Numbered from the stretch's first letter, positions 36,042 to 47,449 are shown. The stretch is 64,000 bases of DNA from a virus (IMGVR_UViG_3300029288_004137:96001-160000); one strand, 5' to 3'. Program-made: numbers and translations. Notes: generated by a model not told the origin, from the letters alone.

Positions 36042-38602
36042 TTATTTCCTTCACTTATTAAAACTTCCTTCTTGTCAGAATTTACATTGGGTCCATATAT
36101 ATTTCCTTCAGAAATCCACACACATTTCAAATCAGTCTTAAATGTTCCTTCTATATAGGATTTTACATTCGTTATTTTATAATATCCACCTAAACCTAAA
36201 AATGAAGCTTCTTTTTTGCCCATTCCAATAACAGTAGGATCAATATATATAATTTGTCCTGGAACAAAATGAACATTCCCGATCATTGTTAAATCTGCAT
36301 TATATTTTCTCCTTAATTGACCTTCTCCTATTTGTCCTTCTTTTTCCATATACGCTTCAGATAAATATGGTTGATCAACTTTGTTAAAATTAACAGATTT
36401 CAATAGTCCACGATCTAATCCAATTTTTATATGATATATCCCTTTCTCTAAATCATCTTTTTCTTCTGTATTTAATTGATCAACATTAACAATTACAGAA
36501 GAAATAACTAATGCAGAATGAGCATTTTTATAAAAAACATTATTTATATCTTCTTTCTTTAAAGTATCTTTCGCATCTTCAATACTTATTAAATTTATAC
36601 CTATCGAACTATTTGTATTTTTTGCATCACCATAACAAACACTTGATAAACTCTTTTCAACTATTTTTGAAATAGAACTTTCAATAAAATCCTTTATCGT
36701 AAAAGACTTTAAATTTGTTTTAATAATCGTATCTATAAACCATGTAGAAAAACTATCTAAAGATATAGGTAAATCCGCAAGATTCACTTCCAATATTTCA
36801 CCTTCAACACAAGGATTTTCATATTTAAAAGTTCCAAGCATCGTCTGAACACCTTCAAATGTCTTATCAAAATCGTTTTCAATTGCTTTCACCATTAATA
36901 TAACCGTATCAATTAAATCCCCATAATAAACATAATAAATTCTTATATTCCCATCTGGTAATTGTTCGTTTGACTGATTTTGAATTTTCCACTCATCTAA
37001 TACTTCTTCTGTTATTTCTTCATCTTTTGATAAATTTTTCATTGCCTCATTTACATTATCTTTTTGTTTTTCAGATAAACCAATATTACCAGGAGATAAC
37101 TTAGCTTTATCGTAAAAACCTTTCAAAATAGATACAAATTTATTGTCTTCTATTCCTTCACATGATGTATTTTTTTCATATATGGATTTTTCCATATCTT
37201 TTAATTTAATCTGACCTTTTTCAAAAACTCCTATTGTTTCTGGTGCAACATCATGATAATAAACTACTTGCTTTTCAAATAACCTGGAGAATATAGTTTT
37301 GTGCAAAGCTAACTTAAATTTATTCTTTGCCATCTCTTTATCTTTTTTTATTAAATTTATTGCTGTTTCATATATCCGTTTAAGTTCTTTTGTTACCTTT
37401 GGATCATCAAGTAAAATTTCCAATACTGAAATATATGAATCATATGATCTTTTTGTTTTACTTAATTGCAACACCACAGAAGAATATTCTTTATCTGTAT
37501 CAAATAAATAATTTGCAGCAATTGCTGCTTTTATTCCAAAATCTGTTGCTCCGTTGTTTTTAGCTTTTGCTTCAGCAAAATAAGCAGGCAAAGTTCTGTT
37601 TGTCCCAAAAGATTCTGTTAGTGCAAACAAATCTGCACTTTCACTCCCTAATATAGCATCAACCATTGCACGATATTCAATTGTTAATTCAATCGTTCCA
37701 TTTTCTTTAAATGTTATATCATGATTAACCAAATAAAGATAAAGAGTTAACTTTGTTTTTTCAATTGCAGAAATAAGATTATTGCTTAAAAACGCAGACT
37801 TACTTTTAGGAACAGCCCATCCAACAACCGCTTTTAAACGAAAATAATCTGGTTTTAATTCAATATTTTTATCACTTCTAGAAAATCTCCAAATCAAATC
37901 TTTTGCACATAATCCATTTGATTGCTTCCTGTTTAAATCCGCTATTGTATTTAATTTTAAAACTAATTTTGCTTTAATATTATTATTAACTTCCGCTGGA
38001 TTTGTCCCTAACAATTCCCAATCAAAAGACTTAATCCCTACTCCCATTCCTCGTCCTTCTCTGGTCTTTGTTATACTCTCTATATCTTCGTTTCTAAAAA
38101 ATTCATCAAAATAATATTCAATCTCAAAATAATCCTCAGAAAACTTGGGAATAACTGCTTTATCTTTTTGAATTTCATCCATATTGGAAATTAAATTCGT
38201 CTTTATCATTTTATATAATCTTATCTTAGGAACAAGAAAAGCCAATTCACTAGGTTTTATTGAAAACCAATTTAATACACTCTCATCTTTATCTTTAAGT
38301 TTATGAATTAAATTTGATCCATTATACGGTATTCTAGTTATATAATCAAATTTCTTGTTTTTTCCTAAATCAGAAAAAAACTTAAGATAATTCATTAAAT
38401 AACATTGTTGCTGAAATCTGTTTTCTTCCGATTCTTCAAGAGTATCTTCTTCTATTGCTTCAGCAGAACCATCAAATTCTTTTAATGCATCTTGCTGAGC
38501 AAGTTTTTGCTGAATCTGTTCTGGAGAAAGTCCAAAAGAAAATTCAGCAAAATCTTTAATAGAAGAAAAAGAATCCGCTGATATATCTTCATATATTGCC
38601 AT
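36038..38602 (-). CDS. Baseplate hub-like protein
   Basis: C-terminal ADLTMIGN..PGQIIYI..GGYYKITNV motif; position after tape measure and LysM genes. Confidence 0.6.
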   Translation of the reverse strand: MAIYEDISADSFSSIKDFAEFSFGLSPEQIQQKLAQQDALKEFDGSAEAIEEDTLEESEENRFQQQCYLMNYLKFFSDLGKNKKFDYITRIPYNGSNLIHKLKDKDESVLNWFSIKPSELAFLVPKIRLYKMIKTNLISNMDEIQKDKAVIPKFSEDYFEIEYYFDEFFRNEDIESITKTREGRGMGVGIKSFDWELLGTNPAEVNNNIKAKLVLKLNTIADLNRKQSNGLCAKDLIWRFSRSDKNIELKPDYFRLKAVVGWAVPKSKSAFLSNNLISAIEKTKLTLYLYLVNHDITFKENGTIELTIEYRAMVDAILGSESADLFALTESFGTNRTLPAYFAEAKAKNNGATDFGIKAAIAANYLFDTDKEYSSVVLQLSKTKRSYDSYISVLEILLDDPKVTKELKRIYETAINLIKKDKEMAKNKFKLALHKTIFSRLFEKQVVYYHDVAPETIGVFEKGQIKLKDMEKSIYEKNTSCEGIEDNKFVSILKGFYDKAKLSPGNIGLSEKQKDNVNEAMKNLSKDEEITEEVLDEWKIQNQSNEQLPDGNIRIYYVYYGDLIDTVILMVKAIENDFDKTFEGVQTMLGTFKYENPCVEGEILEVNLADLPISLDSFSTWFIDTIIKTNLKSFTIKDFIESSISKIVEKSLSSVCYGDAKNTNSSIGINLISIEDAKDTLKKEDINNVFYKNAHSALVISSVIVNVDQLNTEEKDDLEKGIYHIKIGLDRGLLKSVNFNKVDQPYLSEAYMEKEGQIGEGQLRRKYNADLTMIGNVHFVPGQIIYIDPTVIGMGKKEASFLGLGGYYKITNVKSYIEGTFKTDLKCVWISEGNIYGPNVNSDKKEVLISEGNK

Positions 38603-38605
38603 ACT

Positions 38606-38944
38606 TTAAACCTTCAATAATTCTAAAATTTTTTCTAATGGCAAAGGAATTAAAACCGTATCTCCGATTGTCCATCCCACCTCTGTAGGTCTTTGATTAA
38701 ACCACGCAATAACCCACCAATATTTAGGATTACCATAATATTTATCTGCCAATTTAAAATATCTATCTGTAAAATCCCAAATATGATTAACAATATTCAA
38801 AGAATTAAATTTATTAGTAGGATATGTTAAAATAGGTGATGTATATTGTTTTATTTGCTTTATTCTCCTATCTTTAAAATATTGATCATAATTAGGAGAT
38901 CTGTTTATATCAACATTTCTATCATTATATCTTGAAATAGACAT
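38606..38944 (-). CDS. LysM/gp53-like baseplate protein
   Basis: LADKYYGNPKYWWVIAWFN...GDTVLIP. Confidence 0.75.
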   Translation of the reverse strand: MSISRYNDRNVDINRSPNYDQYFKDRRIKQIKQYTSPILTYPTNKFNSLNIVNHIWDFTDRYFKLADKYYGNPKYWWVIAWFNQRPTEVGWTIGDTVLIPLPLEKILELLKV

Positions 38945-38948
38945 CTAA

Positions 38949-39728
38949 TTATTCTCCAGGAATAGATTGTTCCCACTCTCCTTTAAATATATCATTTTCA
39001 GCAGCATCACATACACAATCACTAACTACATTATCTTGATTATAATAAGTCGTATCTTCTGTAGAAAAATCTTCTAAAGGAACACCTAACCCATATGGAA
39101 AAAGTTCCATACCATATCTGTCTTTACCCTCTGAATCCCATCCTAATTCATGATTATGCAACACAGTAAAATTAATACTTAATTTAATAAGTTTAGGGTA
39201 AATTTGTCCATTATCCCAAATAAAAACTCCTACATCTAACTCAGGATTTATAGAAATTTCATCAATATATCCAATTAATCCAGAAGTTTTTGCTTGATTA
39301 TCCCCTGGAGATGAAGAATCTTGAATTAAATTGGAAAATTTTAATTTTAATAAAGGAGAAGCACTTATTCTTGACGAACCTCCATAATTTTTCTCTTTTG
39401 TATCATAAGCCGGATATAAAAACTTTGCTAACATAGAACATTTTTCTAAATTTTCAACCGCTTCTTCAAAAGAACCAGCAGGTATGTCCCATGCGATTGA
39501 CATAGTTCTTTTTGTTCCTTTAAAAGTCACTAATGGATCATTTCTTCCATACACCGTTTCTGATTCCCAATCAGAAGAATATTTGTCATTAAAAGTTGTT
39601 AAAAAAGCTTTAAAGCTTATATGTTTCCCAGAAACAACATGATAAATATCAACAAACAATTTTTGTTTGTTTGCTATATAATCACTTTCATCAGCACCAA
39701 GATTAAAATGTGAACCATCTTTTAACAT
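38949..39728 (-). CDS. Tail tube initiator-like baseplate protein
   Basis: WESETVYGRNDP..F..T.R, LYP, PLLKLKF, YPK. Confidence 0.65.
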   Translation of the reverse strand: MLKDGSHFNLGADESDYIANKQKLFVDIYHVVSGKHISFKAFLTTFNDKYSSDWESETVYGRNDPLVTFKGTKRTMSIAWDIPAGSFEEAVENLEKCSMLAKFLYPAYDTKEKNYGGSSRISASPLLKLKFSNLIQDSSSPGDNQAKTSGLIGYIDEISINPELDVGVFIWDNGQIYPKLIKLSINFTVLHNHELGWDSEGKDRYGMELFPYGLGVPLEDFSTEDTTYYNQDNVVSDCVCDAAENDIFKGEWEQSIPGE

Positions 39729-39732
39729 TTTA

Positions 39733-42495
39733 TTAAGCCCTATTAATTGATTTTGCTTGATTTTCTACAATTTCACCAACTGCCTCACCAAAAACTCTAT
39801 CATTAATTTTTAATATAACATTTACAGCACTATTCCCTGTTCCAGTAGTATTTCCTTGTTTTAATCCGTTTATTGCTTCAATAAAATCAGAAAATCCATT
39901 ATTTTTTTCTTCTTTTGTTTCACTTTCAACTCTTGAAAATCTTTCAATTTGATCAACAATTTGTGTTGTAAATAAAACAGATTCCGGTTTTATTTCACCT
40001 ACATTCTTTAACATAGTAGTAAAAGTTATTAACTTATTTTCAGGCATCATATCTAATGCTTCTGCTATCATTTCCATACCCATCGCTAAAGATGAAGCAA
40101 AAATTAACATAGTTGTTATTGGAAGTAACATAAGTGTGAAAAATAATTCACCAAGTGATTTTGCCATTTTAGAAATACCATTTCCAGATGATCCCATTGC
40201 ACCTATCATATCTGTTAAAGCATTAACTAAAAGTGTTAAAGAAAGAATAATTACTGCTATTCCCACACCCATCAATGCTATTCCACCACCCAACATAAGG
40301 AATCCTACACCTAACGAAGATAAAGCAGCACCAGCAATATGTCCTATAACAGAAACGCCTATTGCAAAAGCTATTAATCCTCCTAACGCAACTAAAAATG
40401 TTGTTATTCCACCAAAATTCTTTATTGAATACATTAAAATTCCAATTGCTACTGATAACATAAGCATTCCTGCTGCCATTTTCAAAAATCCTAATCCACC
40501 ACCTTTAGGTTCTGATAATGCTCCCAAAGAACCTGAGATTTTATCTATTCCTTTACTTACAAGACCTGTAAGTTTTCCCATTAATCCCAAACCACTAGTA
40601 ACTTTATGAAAATAATATAATACTCCTATTAAAACCGGTATGAACCAATCTCCCAATGCATCAGATAAATATGCTATTTTATCAAATATCCATGTAAGAG
40701 CATTTAAAAGAGGCATGACAATAACACTAAATTTTTCTATCAATTTATTTAATTTATCTTGAAAAGATGCAGTTAAAAGAGCTTGTTCTTGTAATTCTTT
40801 TTCACTCATTGTTAATCTATCTAATTTAGATACAGCTTCATCATATCCTTTTGTTCCTTCACCAAACATTTTATTCGCTAAATTCATGTCTTCTATACCA
40901 GCAGCAGCAGCAATAGCTTTTCTTTCAAATTTTCCCATACTTTGCCAACTTCTTTCTCCACTTTCTACTGCATTAAGCAACATACGAATTCTTTCTGATT
41001 CAGAAGCATTTAATAAATCCATAGAATTCAATAAATCACCACCTAAAATCGCATTTAAATGACCAGCAGATTCAGCAGCTCCTTCAAATGTATCAAACTT
41101 CGATACAAGATTCAACATTGTATCCATATCAGATCCAAGAGCTTTCGAAGCAGCAGATAACTCTAAAAATATTTGTTTTCCCTTACTACCCCATGCTGCT
41201 AATTTTGTCATAGATTTACCAAAATCAGCAGAAAGAGTTTTTATAGATACACCTATACTTTTTGAAGCACTTACTAATGTTTTATGAAAATCTGTTACTT
41301 CTCTTGTTGATTCTTGAAATCCTTGACTTAACGTACTAAAAATTTCTGCACTATTTTGTGCTTCAATTCCAAATGTTTTAAACTTAGCAGTAGTAGTTAT
41401 AATATTTTGTTGTTCTTTTTTATCTAATGTTGTAAATTTCTGCCAATTTTCATATAATGCTGTAGCTGATTCTGTCGCTTCTTTAATTCCAACATTATAA
41501 CTCATCATATTTCTTGAAGAATCATATATTATTTGTCTATATTCTTCACCTGCGCCTGTATTTTTATGAAAATCTGCCAATAATTGACTTGTTTCTCCAA
41601 TATATTTAGCAGTTGATTCAAAAACATTTTCTATTGCTGAATGAAAGGCATTTTCAAAATTTACTATATCTGACATACCAGTGAGCATCGTCTTTGCAGC
41701 ATCACTGAAACTTCCACCAACTTTCATTGTATTAATAAAACCACCTACAATTCCTTGTTTCCAAGAATCAGAAATTCCAGTAAAAACAGTTGAAAGTTTC
41801 TTTGTTTGTGATACAATATTTGATAGTGACTGACTTCTTATATCTTCTCTTGATTGTGTTTGAGCAAATGCCATATTCTTTGCATCAATCTGAGATTGAA
41901 CCACTTCTGCTTCTTCTTTTTGCCCTGAAGACAAAAGAGAATCTCTTCGAATCTCTAAAAGTTTAAGTTCAATTCTTAATTGTGCTTCAGATACTAGTCT
42001 TAATTTTTTTTGCTTTTGTAAAAAAGTTTCTGCTCTTGTTCCATCTATATCAGATAACGATAATTTATATTCTAATAACTTTAAATCTCTTTCTTCATTT
42101 TTAAGAGATTCATCAGAAACTTCCAATCTACTTTTATGGATTTTAAATATTTCTTTCTGAGAATCTACATAATCTCTTAATTCCACAACTTGTTCTTTTT
42201 TATGAGATTTTATAGCATCAGAAAAAAGTTGAGAAACAACTTCATTAGATTTTGATAATTTATCTATAAAATCCTTTACATTATTTTTAGATTTATTGTC
42301 TTTAACTTTAACTGCTTTTTCTATTACTTTCTTAAATTCTGAAAATACTGATTCATCTATATCATCTTTATATTGTATTAGTTTAACAACTTCTTTAAAT
42401 TTTTCTTGAATATTAAGTTGATTTTTACTTATACTATTACGTAAAATGCGTAATTCATTTTTTATTTGATCATCAGTTGGTTGTATTGGTGGCAT
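39733..42495 (-). CDS. Tape measure protein
   Basis: 920 aa, helical Ala/Gly-rich with hydrophobic C-terminal segments, downstream of tube and chaperone genes. Confidence 0.8.
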   Translation of the reverse strand: MPPIQPTDDQIKNELRILRNSISKNQLNIQEKFKEVVKLIQYKDDIDESVFSEFKKVIEKAVKVKDNKSKNNVKDFIDKLSKSNEVVSQLFSDAIKSHKKEQVVELRDYVDSQKEIFKIHKSRLEVSDESLKNEERDLKLLEYKLSLSDIDGTRAETFLQKQKKLRLVSEAQLRIELKLLEIRRDSLLSSGQKEEAEVVQSQIDAKNMAFAQTQSREDIRSQSLSNIVSQTKKLSTVFTGISDSWKQGIVGGFINTMKVGGSFSDAAKTMLTGMSDIVNFENAFHSAIENVFESTAKYIGETSQLLADFHKNTGAGEEYRQIIYDSSRNMMSYNVGIKEATESATALYENWQKFTTLDKKEQQNIITTTAKFKTFGIEAQNSAEIFSTLSQGFQESTREVTDFHKTLVSASKSIGVSIKTLSADFGKSMTKLAAWGSKGKQIFLELSAASKALGSDMDTMLNLVSKFDTFEGAAESAGHLNAILGGDLLNSMDLLNASESERIRMLLNAVESGERSWQSMGKFERKAIAAAAGIEDMNLANKMFGEGTKGYDEAVSKLDRLTMSEKELQEQALLTASFQDKLNKLIEKFSVIVMPLLNALTWIFDKIAYLSDALGDWFIPVLIGVLYYFHKVTSGLGLMGKLTGLVSKGIDKISGSLGALSEPKGGGLGFLKMAAGMLMLSVAIGILMYSIKNFGGITTFLVALGGLIAFAIGVSVIGHIAGAALSSLGVGFLMLGGGIALMGVGIAVIILSLTLLVNALTDMIGAMGSSGNGISKMAKSLGELFFTLMLLPITTMLIFASSLAMGMEMIAEALDMMPENKLITFTTMLKNVGEIKPESVLFTTQIVDQIERFSRVESETKEEKNNGFSDFIEAINGLKQGNTTGTGNSAVNVILKINDRVFGEAVGEIVENQAKSINRA

Positions 42496-42504
42496 TTATA
42501 TCTC

Positions 42505-42831
42505 TTATTTAAAAGGCCATTTAATTCCCGTTATTCTTTCAAATTTTGAAACAGCAGAAAGTAATTCATATTTACTTTTATATGTTTGAGGAGCATCAAA
42601 TCCATACTTTGCAACATCTTTTATATAAAGATATTCCTTTCCTATCGTTTTTGCCATATTTTCAAGTTGAAGTTTTGTACCTTTAAATTGCATATTTTCT
42701 GTTTTTGCTCCAAACATTTTGTTTAAAACCATTTTAATTCCTGTACCAAACCAAGCAAGCCAACTTTCATTAACTTTTTGATTTTCTTTTGTCATTTGAG
42801 CACTTGCATCATTTAATTCGATAATAAGCAT
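42505..42831 (-). CDS. Hypothetical protein
   Basis: 108-aa ORF preceded by the late-type motif at 42863. Confidence 0.6.
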   Translation of the reverse strand: MLIIELNDASAQMTKENQKVNESWLAWFGTGIKMVLNKMFGAKTENMQFKGTKLQLENMAKTIGKEYLYIKDVAKYGFDAPQTYKSKYELLSAVSKFERITGIKWPFK

Positions 42832-42886
42832 ATTTATCCCCTATTATATTATAATCCAAACATAATTAGTCATAAAATCAAAATAT

Positions 42887-43135
42887 CTATTTTGATTTAC
42901 CTTTTTTGCTATTCTTTTTTATTGCTTTATTTTCTTCTTCTTTTTGAGTAATTAAAGCTTGATAATAAAACTCTCTTAATTTGGAAGGAATCTTAGTATA
43001 ACATGAATACCAATCAAAATTCGCAGCATACACCAAATGAAATATCATTTGATGAACATTTTTCATATATTTATCACTTAGGCCAAAAAAATTCAGTGCC
43101 ATATGGCACAACAATATCCTCCTCTGTAACACCAC
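42887..43135 (-). CDS. Tail-assembly chaperone second ORF / gp51-like (start uncertain)
   Basis: IPSKLREFYYQAL..E..A; overlaps the upstream gene at a T7 run. Confidence 0.55.
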   Translation of the reverse strand: MVLQRRILLCHMALNFFGLSDKYMKNVHQMIFHLVYAANFDWYSCYTKIPSKLREFYYQALITQKEEENKAIKKNSKKGKSK

Positions 43136-43955
43136 AACTTGGACATTCCCATTTTGTTTTTAATACTATGTCTGGAGAACAAGCAGTATATACTACTTTA
43201 AAAAACCTAGTATCTAACATTGGCACAGTTTTTGTAAATTTTAAAAGAGTAGCAGCATCTTTTTTCCCATTAACTTCAATAATAGACCTTCTTAACTGAA
43301 GTGTAAAGTTTTCTTCATTAATCAAAGCATTTTTATTATTCTTTGATACTTCTTGAATATATTTTTCATCTTCTCCAGTCAATAACCTAAATTTTATATT
43401 TGCTTTCGTCTTTGGTAAAATTAAAGAAAATACCCCAGGAGAATCAATACTTAATTCAACATCTTTAGATTCTATATACATTAAAACTTCTTTATAATCT
43501 TTAATTACTGCTTTATTTAAATCATAATCAAAATTAGACCGTGTGTCACATGCAGGACAAACAATTTTTGCAGAATATTCTGGACCTAACCCATTTATCC
43601 TTGCTGCTAATAAAATTGCATTTCTATCACCTATTGTTATCTTTTCTGGATTAACCTTGTCTAATAAAATGCTTTTCATTAACCTATCTAAAACTATACC
43701 TTTTTTAATTAAAGACTTGCTTGTTAAAATATCCTCTTCTTGTGCTGTCATTTCTTTTATTTCTATATTCTTTTTCTTATAAAAAGGATGATTAACTGGA
43801 TATACTTCTCCCCACGATGGAAGTTCAACTGCTACAATAGGAAAATCTATTTTTGTTTCTTCTACTTCTATCTTTTCTTCTTTTAAATCAACAGGAATAT
43901 CATCATTGTTTTGAATAGGATTAAATCTATTAGAATCATTCATAAAACACCTCAT
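43074..43955 (-). CDS. T4 gp26-like baseplate hub / tail assembly chaperone
   Basis: VELPS.G..Y, MTAQEEDIL, GDR..ILLAAR...G..Y, two CxxC, FFWP end. Confidence 0.75.
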   Translation of the reverse strand: MRCFMNDSNRFNPIQNNDDIPVDLKEEKIEVEETKIDFPIVAVELPSWGEVYPVNHPFYKKKNIEIKEMTAQEEDILTSKSLIKKGIVLDRLMKSILLDKVNPEKITIGDRNAILLAARINGLGPEYSAKIVCPACDTRSNFDYDLNKAVIKDYKEVLMYIESKDVELSIDSPGVFSLILPKTKANIKFRLLTGEDEKYIQEVSKNNKNALINEENFTLQLRRSIIEVNGKKDAATLLKFTKTVPMLDTRFFKVVYTACSPDIVLKTKWECPSCGVTEEDIVVPYGTEFFWPK

Positions 43956-43981
43956 AAATTGTTATATTGATAAAGACTTAA

Positions 43982-44530
43982 TTAATTTGCGCTTCCTGGA
44001 TTCCAAGTATCACCACTGTTTATTGCATTACCTAAAACACTTATCCAAGCCCAATCAAATCTTAATGTTACTTCATAGGTAAGAAGATCATCACTTTCAT
44101 AATCAAGTTCACCAAATTTAACAGACTTTACCCAAGCATTTTTAAGCGTCCATTTCTCATTTACATTTCCCATATCATCAAGTTGTTCAATAACTACATT
44201 CCCTAATGCAAGTATTGATTTGTTTTTTGATAAAGTTTCTAAATCGTTTTCTGTAGAAGGCGGATTATAACCTGCTGCACTAATCATATCTACAAAATTC
44301 TTTGCTCCGTCTGGATCTATTGGATCTACTGTTGAAAAAGACATTTCTTCCCATTCTACTCTTCCTGGAAAGAAGAATGTATGATTCAAATATGCATGTT
44401 TACTTTCTGTTAAACTAAATGAAGGTTTTGTGACTTTTTTAAGAGTATAAACAGGCACTCCCAAAATCATTAATCTCCATCTATAAGCTCTTTTTGGCTC
44501 TGATTGTATCCCATCACTCCAGAATCCCAT
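43982..44530 (-). CDS. Tail tube protein (gp19-like)
   Basis: EPKR..RW, PGRVEWE, EKWTLKNAW, GELDY, LRFDWA. Confidence 0.85.
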   Translation of the reverse strand: MGFWSDGIQSEPKRAYRWRLMILGVPVYTLKKVTKPSFSLTESKHAYLNHTFFFPGRVEWEEMSFSTVDPIDPDGAKNFVDMISAAGYNPPSTENDLETLSKNKSILALGNVVIEQLDDMGNVNEKWTLKNAWVKSVKFGELDYESDDLLTYEVTLRFDWAWISVLGNAINSGDTWNPGSAN

Positions 44531-44553
44531 TTTATTTCTCCACGTTCTTGTTA

Positions 44554-47397
44554 TTAATCATTAAACGAAGCGCCTGTATCCGTGATTACAAAATCAATAT
44601 AGAATCTTTCTATTGACTTCGCTGGTTTTACAAATATTTTTGCATAAACTGCATTTCTGTCAATTAATTCAGGAGTTGTCGTTGTTTCATCTAAAATTAA
44701 CTTATATTCATATAAACCTAATCTTGTTTTTACACTCGCTAAGAAAGGTTCTGCTTTTCCTAAGAATGAATTCCAAGTAATTCTTACATTTTGATCAAAC
44801 AAAATATTAAGTGCCATTCTTGAAATTTCTTTCTTAAGATAAATCATAAGTCTTCTAACATTAATTCTATCAAGCGCACTTGCGGTTACTTGAAGAGTTT
44901 TTTGACCCCAAACAACGATTCCTTCTCTTGGGAACGATGCAATAGGGTTAATATTAGCAGCATAAAGTTTTTCTCTATCACTCGAAGTTAATTTTTCACG
45001 AACATTAATAACTGGCAATCCTGCTGCACCCGTACTTAATCCACCTCTATTAAATCCTGCTGGAGCAAACCAAAGCTCGCTATTCTTCTCACTCGAAGCC
45101 ATAACACCTATTGCTGCAACAGAAGGAGGAACCCAAAGCGAAGCATCTGATACTGTGTCTTGAATTCTAACCCATGGATAGAAACAACATCCATAACTAT
45201 TGTTTATTGATCTTGCTCTAAGATTTGAAATTGTTGTATCAACACTTCCTAATCTTGAAGATTCTGCATCAGTACTTTCTTCTTGTGGTGTATAATCTCC
45301 TACGAGATCAAAAACTGCTAAAGTATCTCCTCTGTCAGAAGCAACATCAAGCATATGCTGAGTTAAAGTAGTATTTGTAATACCAGGCATTGCTATTAAA
45401 TTCATTTCTACAACTTCTGCATCTGATACTGAATCAACCGCTCTTTTAACAGAATTAAAAGCATAGTTTGTTGTTTCTGTACCACCAGAAAGACCTGAAT
45501 TTCTAAAAGGTTCTTTCTCCCTAATATCAAGACCATCATGCCCACCAAACAACGGCATTGTGAATCTATCAAATCCCGCTGTTAATACAGATTCATATGT
45601 TCCACTTGCCGTTATAGAATCTCCCGTTAAACGACACCCATCAGAATATTCTCCAACAATTGCTGAACTTGCCTTGTATTTTATATCGTCTAAACTGAAT
45701 ATAAAGGATGTTTCTGTACCTGAGGTATCCGATGCATCATAAGAATCAACACTATCAGCTAAACAACGAACAATATCAGCATATGATTCATCATATGCTG
45801 TTGAACCGTATTGCTTTGTCGTAACTCCCCAATAAGATAATTTATTAGAAGGTAAATTATCTTCATTGCTATATGTTCTAAGGATAGGGCATGGGAAATA
45901 AAGATCTGCTGTAAATCCTACCAAACCTGTATGTGTTCCACCAGATCCTTCAGGAGTGGTATATGGATAAGGAATTGAACCTGAACCTTTTGTAAAAACT
46001 AAAGTTGTGCTATCATCACTATCTTTTAAAGCACTTCCAGATAGACAAACAATATACTTATATCTAGGAGGTCCATAAAATCCAAAAGGCAAATATGTTT
46101 TATTTAGTGATCCAGCATCCACGTCTTCATTCATTTCAACATAGACATACTTTGATTTATTATCATAATTACCATATTCTGTATATCTTCTTGTCGTATC
46201 ACTCCAAGACACATATTTATCACCAATTTGTTTTGCGATATAATTTGGTGATTTTGGATCTAAGTTACAACCAGAAAATTTCTCCAAAAGAATAACTGAA
46301 GAATCTTTATCACTTGCTTTTCTGATAACAACTGCAAAAGTTCCATAAGGATTTGCAGAATTTGTAGATGCTTTAACATCTTGAATAGAAATCTTTATAT
46401 TCTTTTGATCCCATTCACCTTTGTTGATAGAATGGAATCTAAACAATTTCGACATAGCAGTTTTGCTATAAACACTATAATCACCAAGATCTTGAGAAAT
46501 TATCCAACCTGTCTTTGATTCTTGCATTCCAAATGTATGCACTTGCTTGCTCTTTGTCGAATTTCCTAATGCAAGAATACATCCATATTGATATCCAGCT
46601 CCAGTTGTTTCTGTTAATTTATTGTATAAATATTGATCATATGTTTCACCTAACCAATATGATTGAAGATTTGCTGAATCTGTAATTGTAGAATTGATAA
46701 GTGTTGGATTTGTATTGAAAATTTCTCTAATATAATTTCTTGACGATTTACTAAAATTAAATGTTGCTGTCAAAGCAGTCATTCCAGAATCATTACCATC
46801 AATTATAGCTTTAAATTGATAATCTGCACCTGTTGATTTTACCCAAGTTGCTGCATTCGTTGTAACAACACCATCAATAGTTGTACCAGATAATCTAATA
46901 CTTCCTTCATTAAGATACCATACAGCTGCAAGAACTCCATCACCCATATCTGTTACACCAGCAGATCCAGAATCTACAATAAATAACCCATATGCTCCAC
47001 CATTTGTAGTATTAGATGTTGAAAATGATCCGCTTGTAGTCCATCCAGCATATCCAGCTGCAACAGCATCAGTGTTTTGAGCACCAAGCAAACGAACATA
47101 TGTTAAAGGTGTAGAATTCTTTAACCACGCTTGAGCAGCATAAACACCATATGTAGGAGCAAGATAATTCCCATCTCTCCAAACATCATCCCCAGAATTT
47201 CCTGGAATTGGATTACCAAAAATTTCAAGATATTCTGCAAAAGAACTAACTTGAACTGGTCTTAATCCTGGACCTCTCTCTGATCTTCCTATAATAACTG
47301 GACCTATTTGTGCAGCAGTTTTTGGTAATTGACTGTTATCTACCTCTGCTGTATAAACACCTGGACTTATAAACTTAAAATCTTTTGCTGATGCCAT
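44554..47397 (-). CDS. Tail sheath protein (gp18-like)
   Basis: SPGVY..EVD, WFAPAGFNRG, INPIA, VWGQKTLQ, LDRINVRRL; start placed at MASAKD. Confidence 0.95.
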   Translation of the reverse strand: MASAKDFKFISPGVYTAEVDNSQLPKTAAQIGPVIIGRSERGPGLRPVQVSSFAEYLEIFGNPIPGNSGDDVWRDGNYLAPTYGVYAAQAWLKNSTPLTYVRLLGAQNTDAVAAGYAGWTTSGSFSTSNTTNGGAYGLFIVDSGSAGVTDMGDGVLAAVWYLNEGSIRLSGTTIDGVVTTNAATWVKSTGADYQFKAIIDGNDSGMTALTATFNFSKSSRNYIREIFNTNPTLINSTITDSANLQSYWLGETYDQYLYNKLTETTGAGYQYGCILALGNSTKSKQVHTFGMQESKTGWIISQDLGDYSVYSKTAMSKLFRFHSINKGEWDQKNIKISIQDVKASTNSANPYGTFAVVIRKASDKDSSVILLEKFSGCNLDPKSPNYIAKQIGDKYVSWSDTTRRYTEYGNYDNKSKYVYVEMNEDVDAGSLNKTYLPFGFYGPPRYKYIVCLSGSALKDSDDSTTLVFTKGSGSIPYPYTTPEGSGGTHTGLVGFTADLYFPCPILRTYSNEDNLPSNKLSYWGVTTKQYGSTAYDESYADIVRCLADSVDSYDASDTSGTETSFIFSLDDIKYKASSAIVGEYSDGCRLTGDSITASGTYESVLTAGFDRFTMPLFGGHDGLDIREKEPFRNSGLSGGTETTNYAFNSVKRAVDSVSDAEVVEMNLIAMPGITNTTLTQHMLDVASDRGDTLAVFDLVGDYTPQEESTDAESSRLGSVDTTISNLRARSINNSYGCCFYPWVRIQDTVSDASLWVPPSVAAIGVMASSEKNSELWFAPAGFNRGGLSTGAAGLPVINVREKLTSSDREKLYAANINPIASFPREGIVVWGQKTLQVTASALDRINVRRLMIYLKKEISRMALNILFDQNVRITWNSFLGKAEPFLASVKTRLGLYEYKLILDETTTTPELIDRNAVYAKIFVKPAKSIERFYIDFVITDTGASFND

Positions 47398-47441
47398 TAT
47401 AAATCTCCGAAAGAATAACAAATGCTATTTATCATCAAATA

Positions 47442-47449
47442 TAAATAGT
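47442..47449 (-). promoter_or_regulatory. Putative late-promoter motif ACTATTTA
   Basis: Intergenic, upstream of the sheath gene. Confidence 0.55.
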
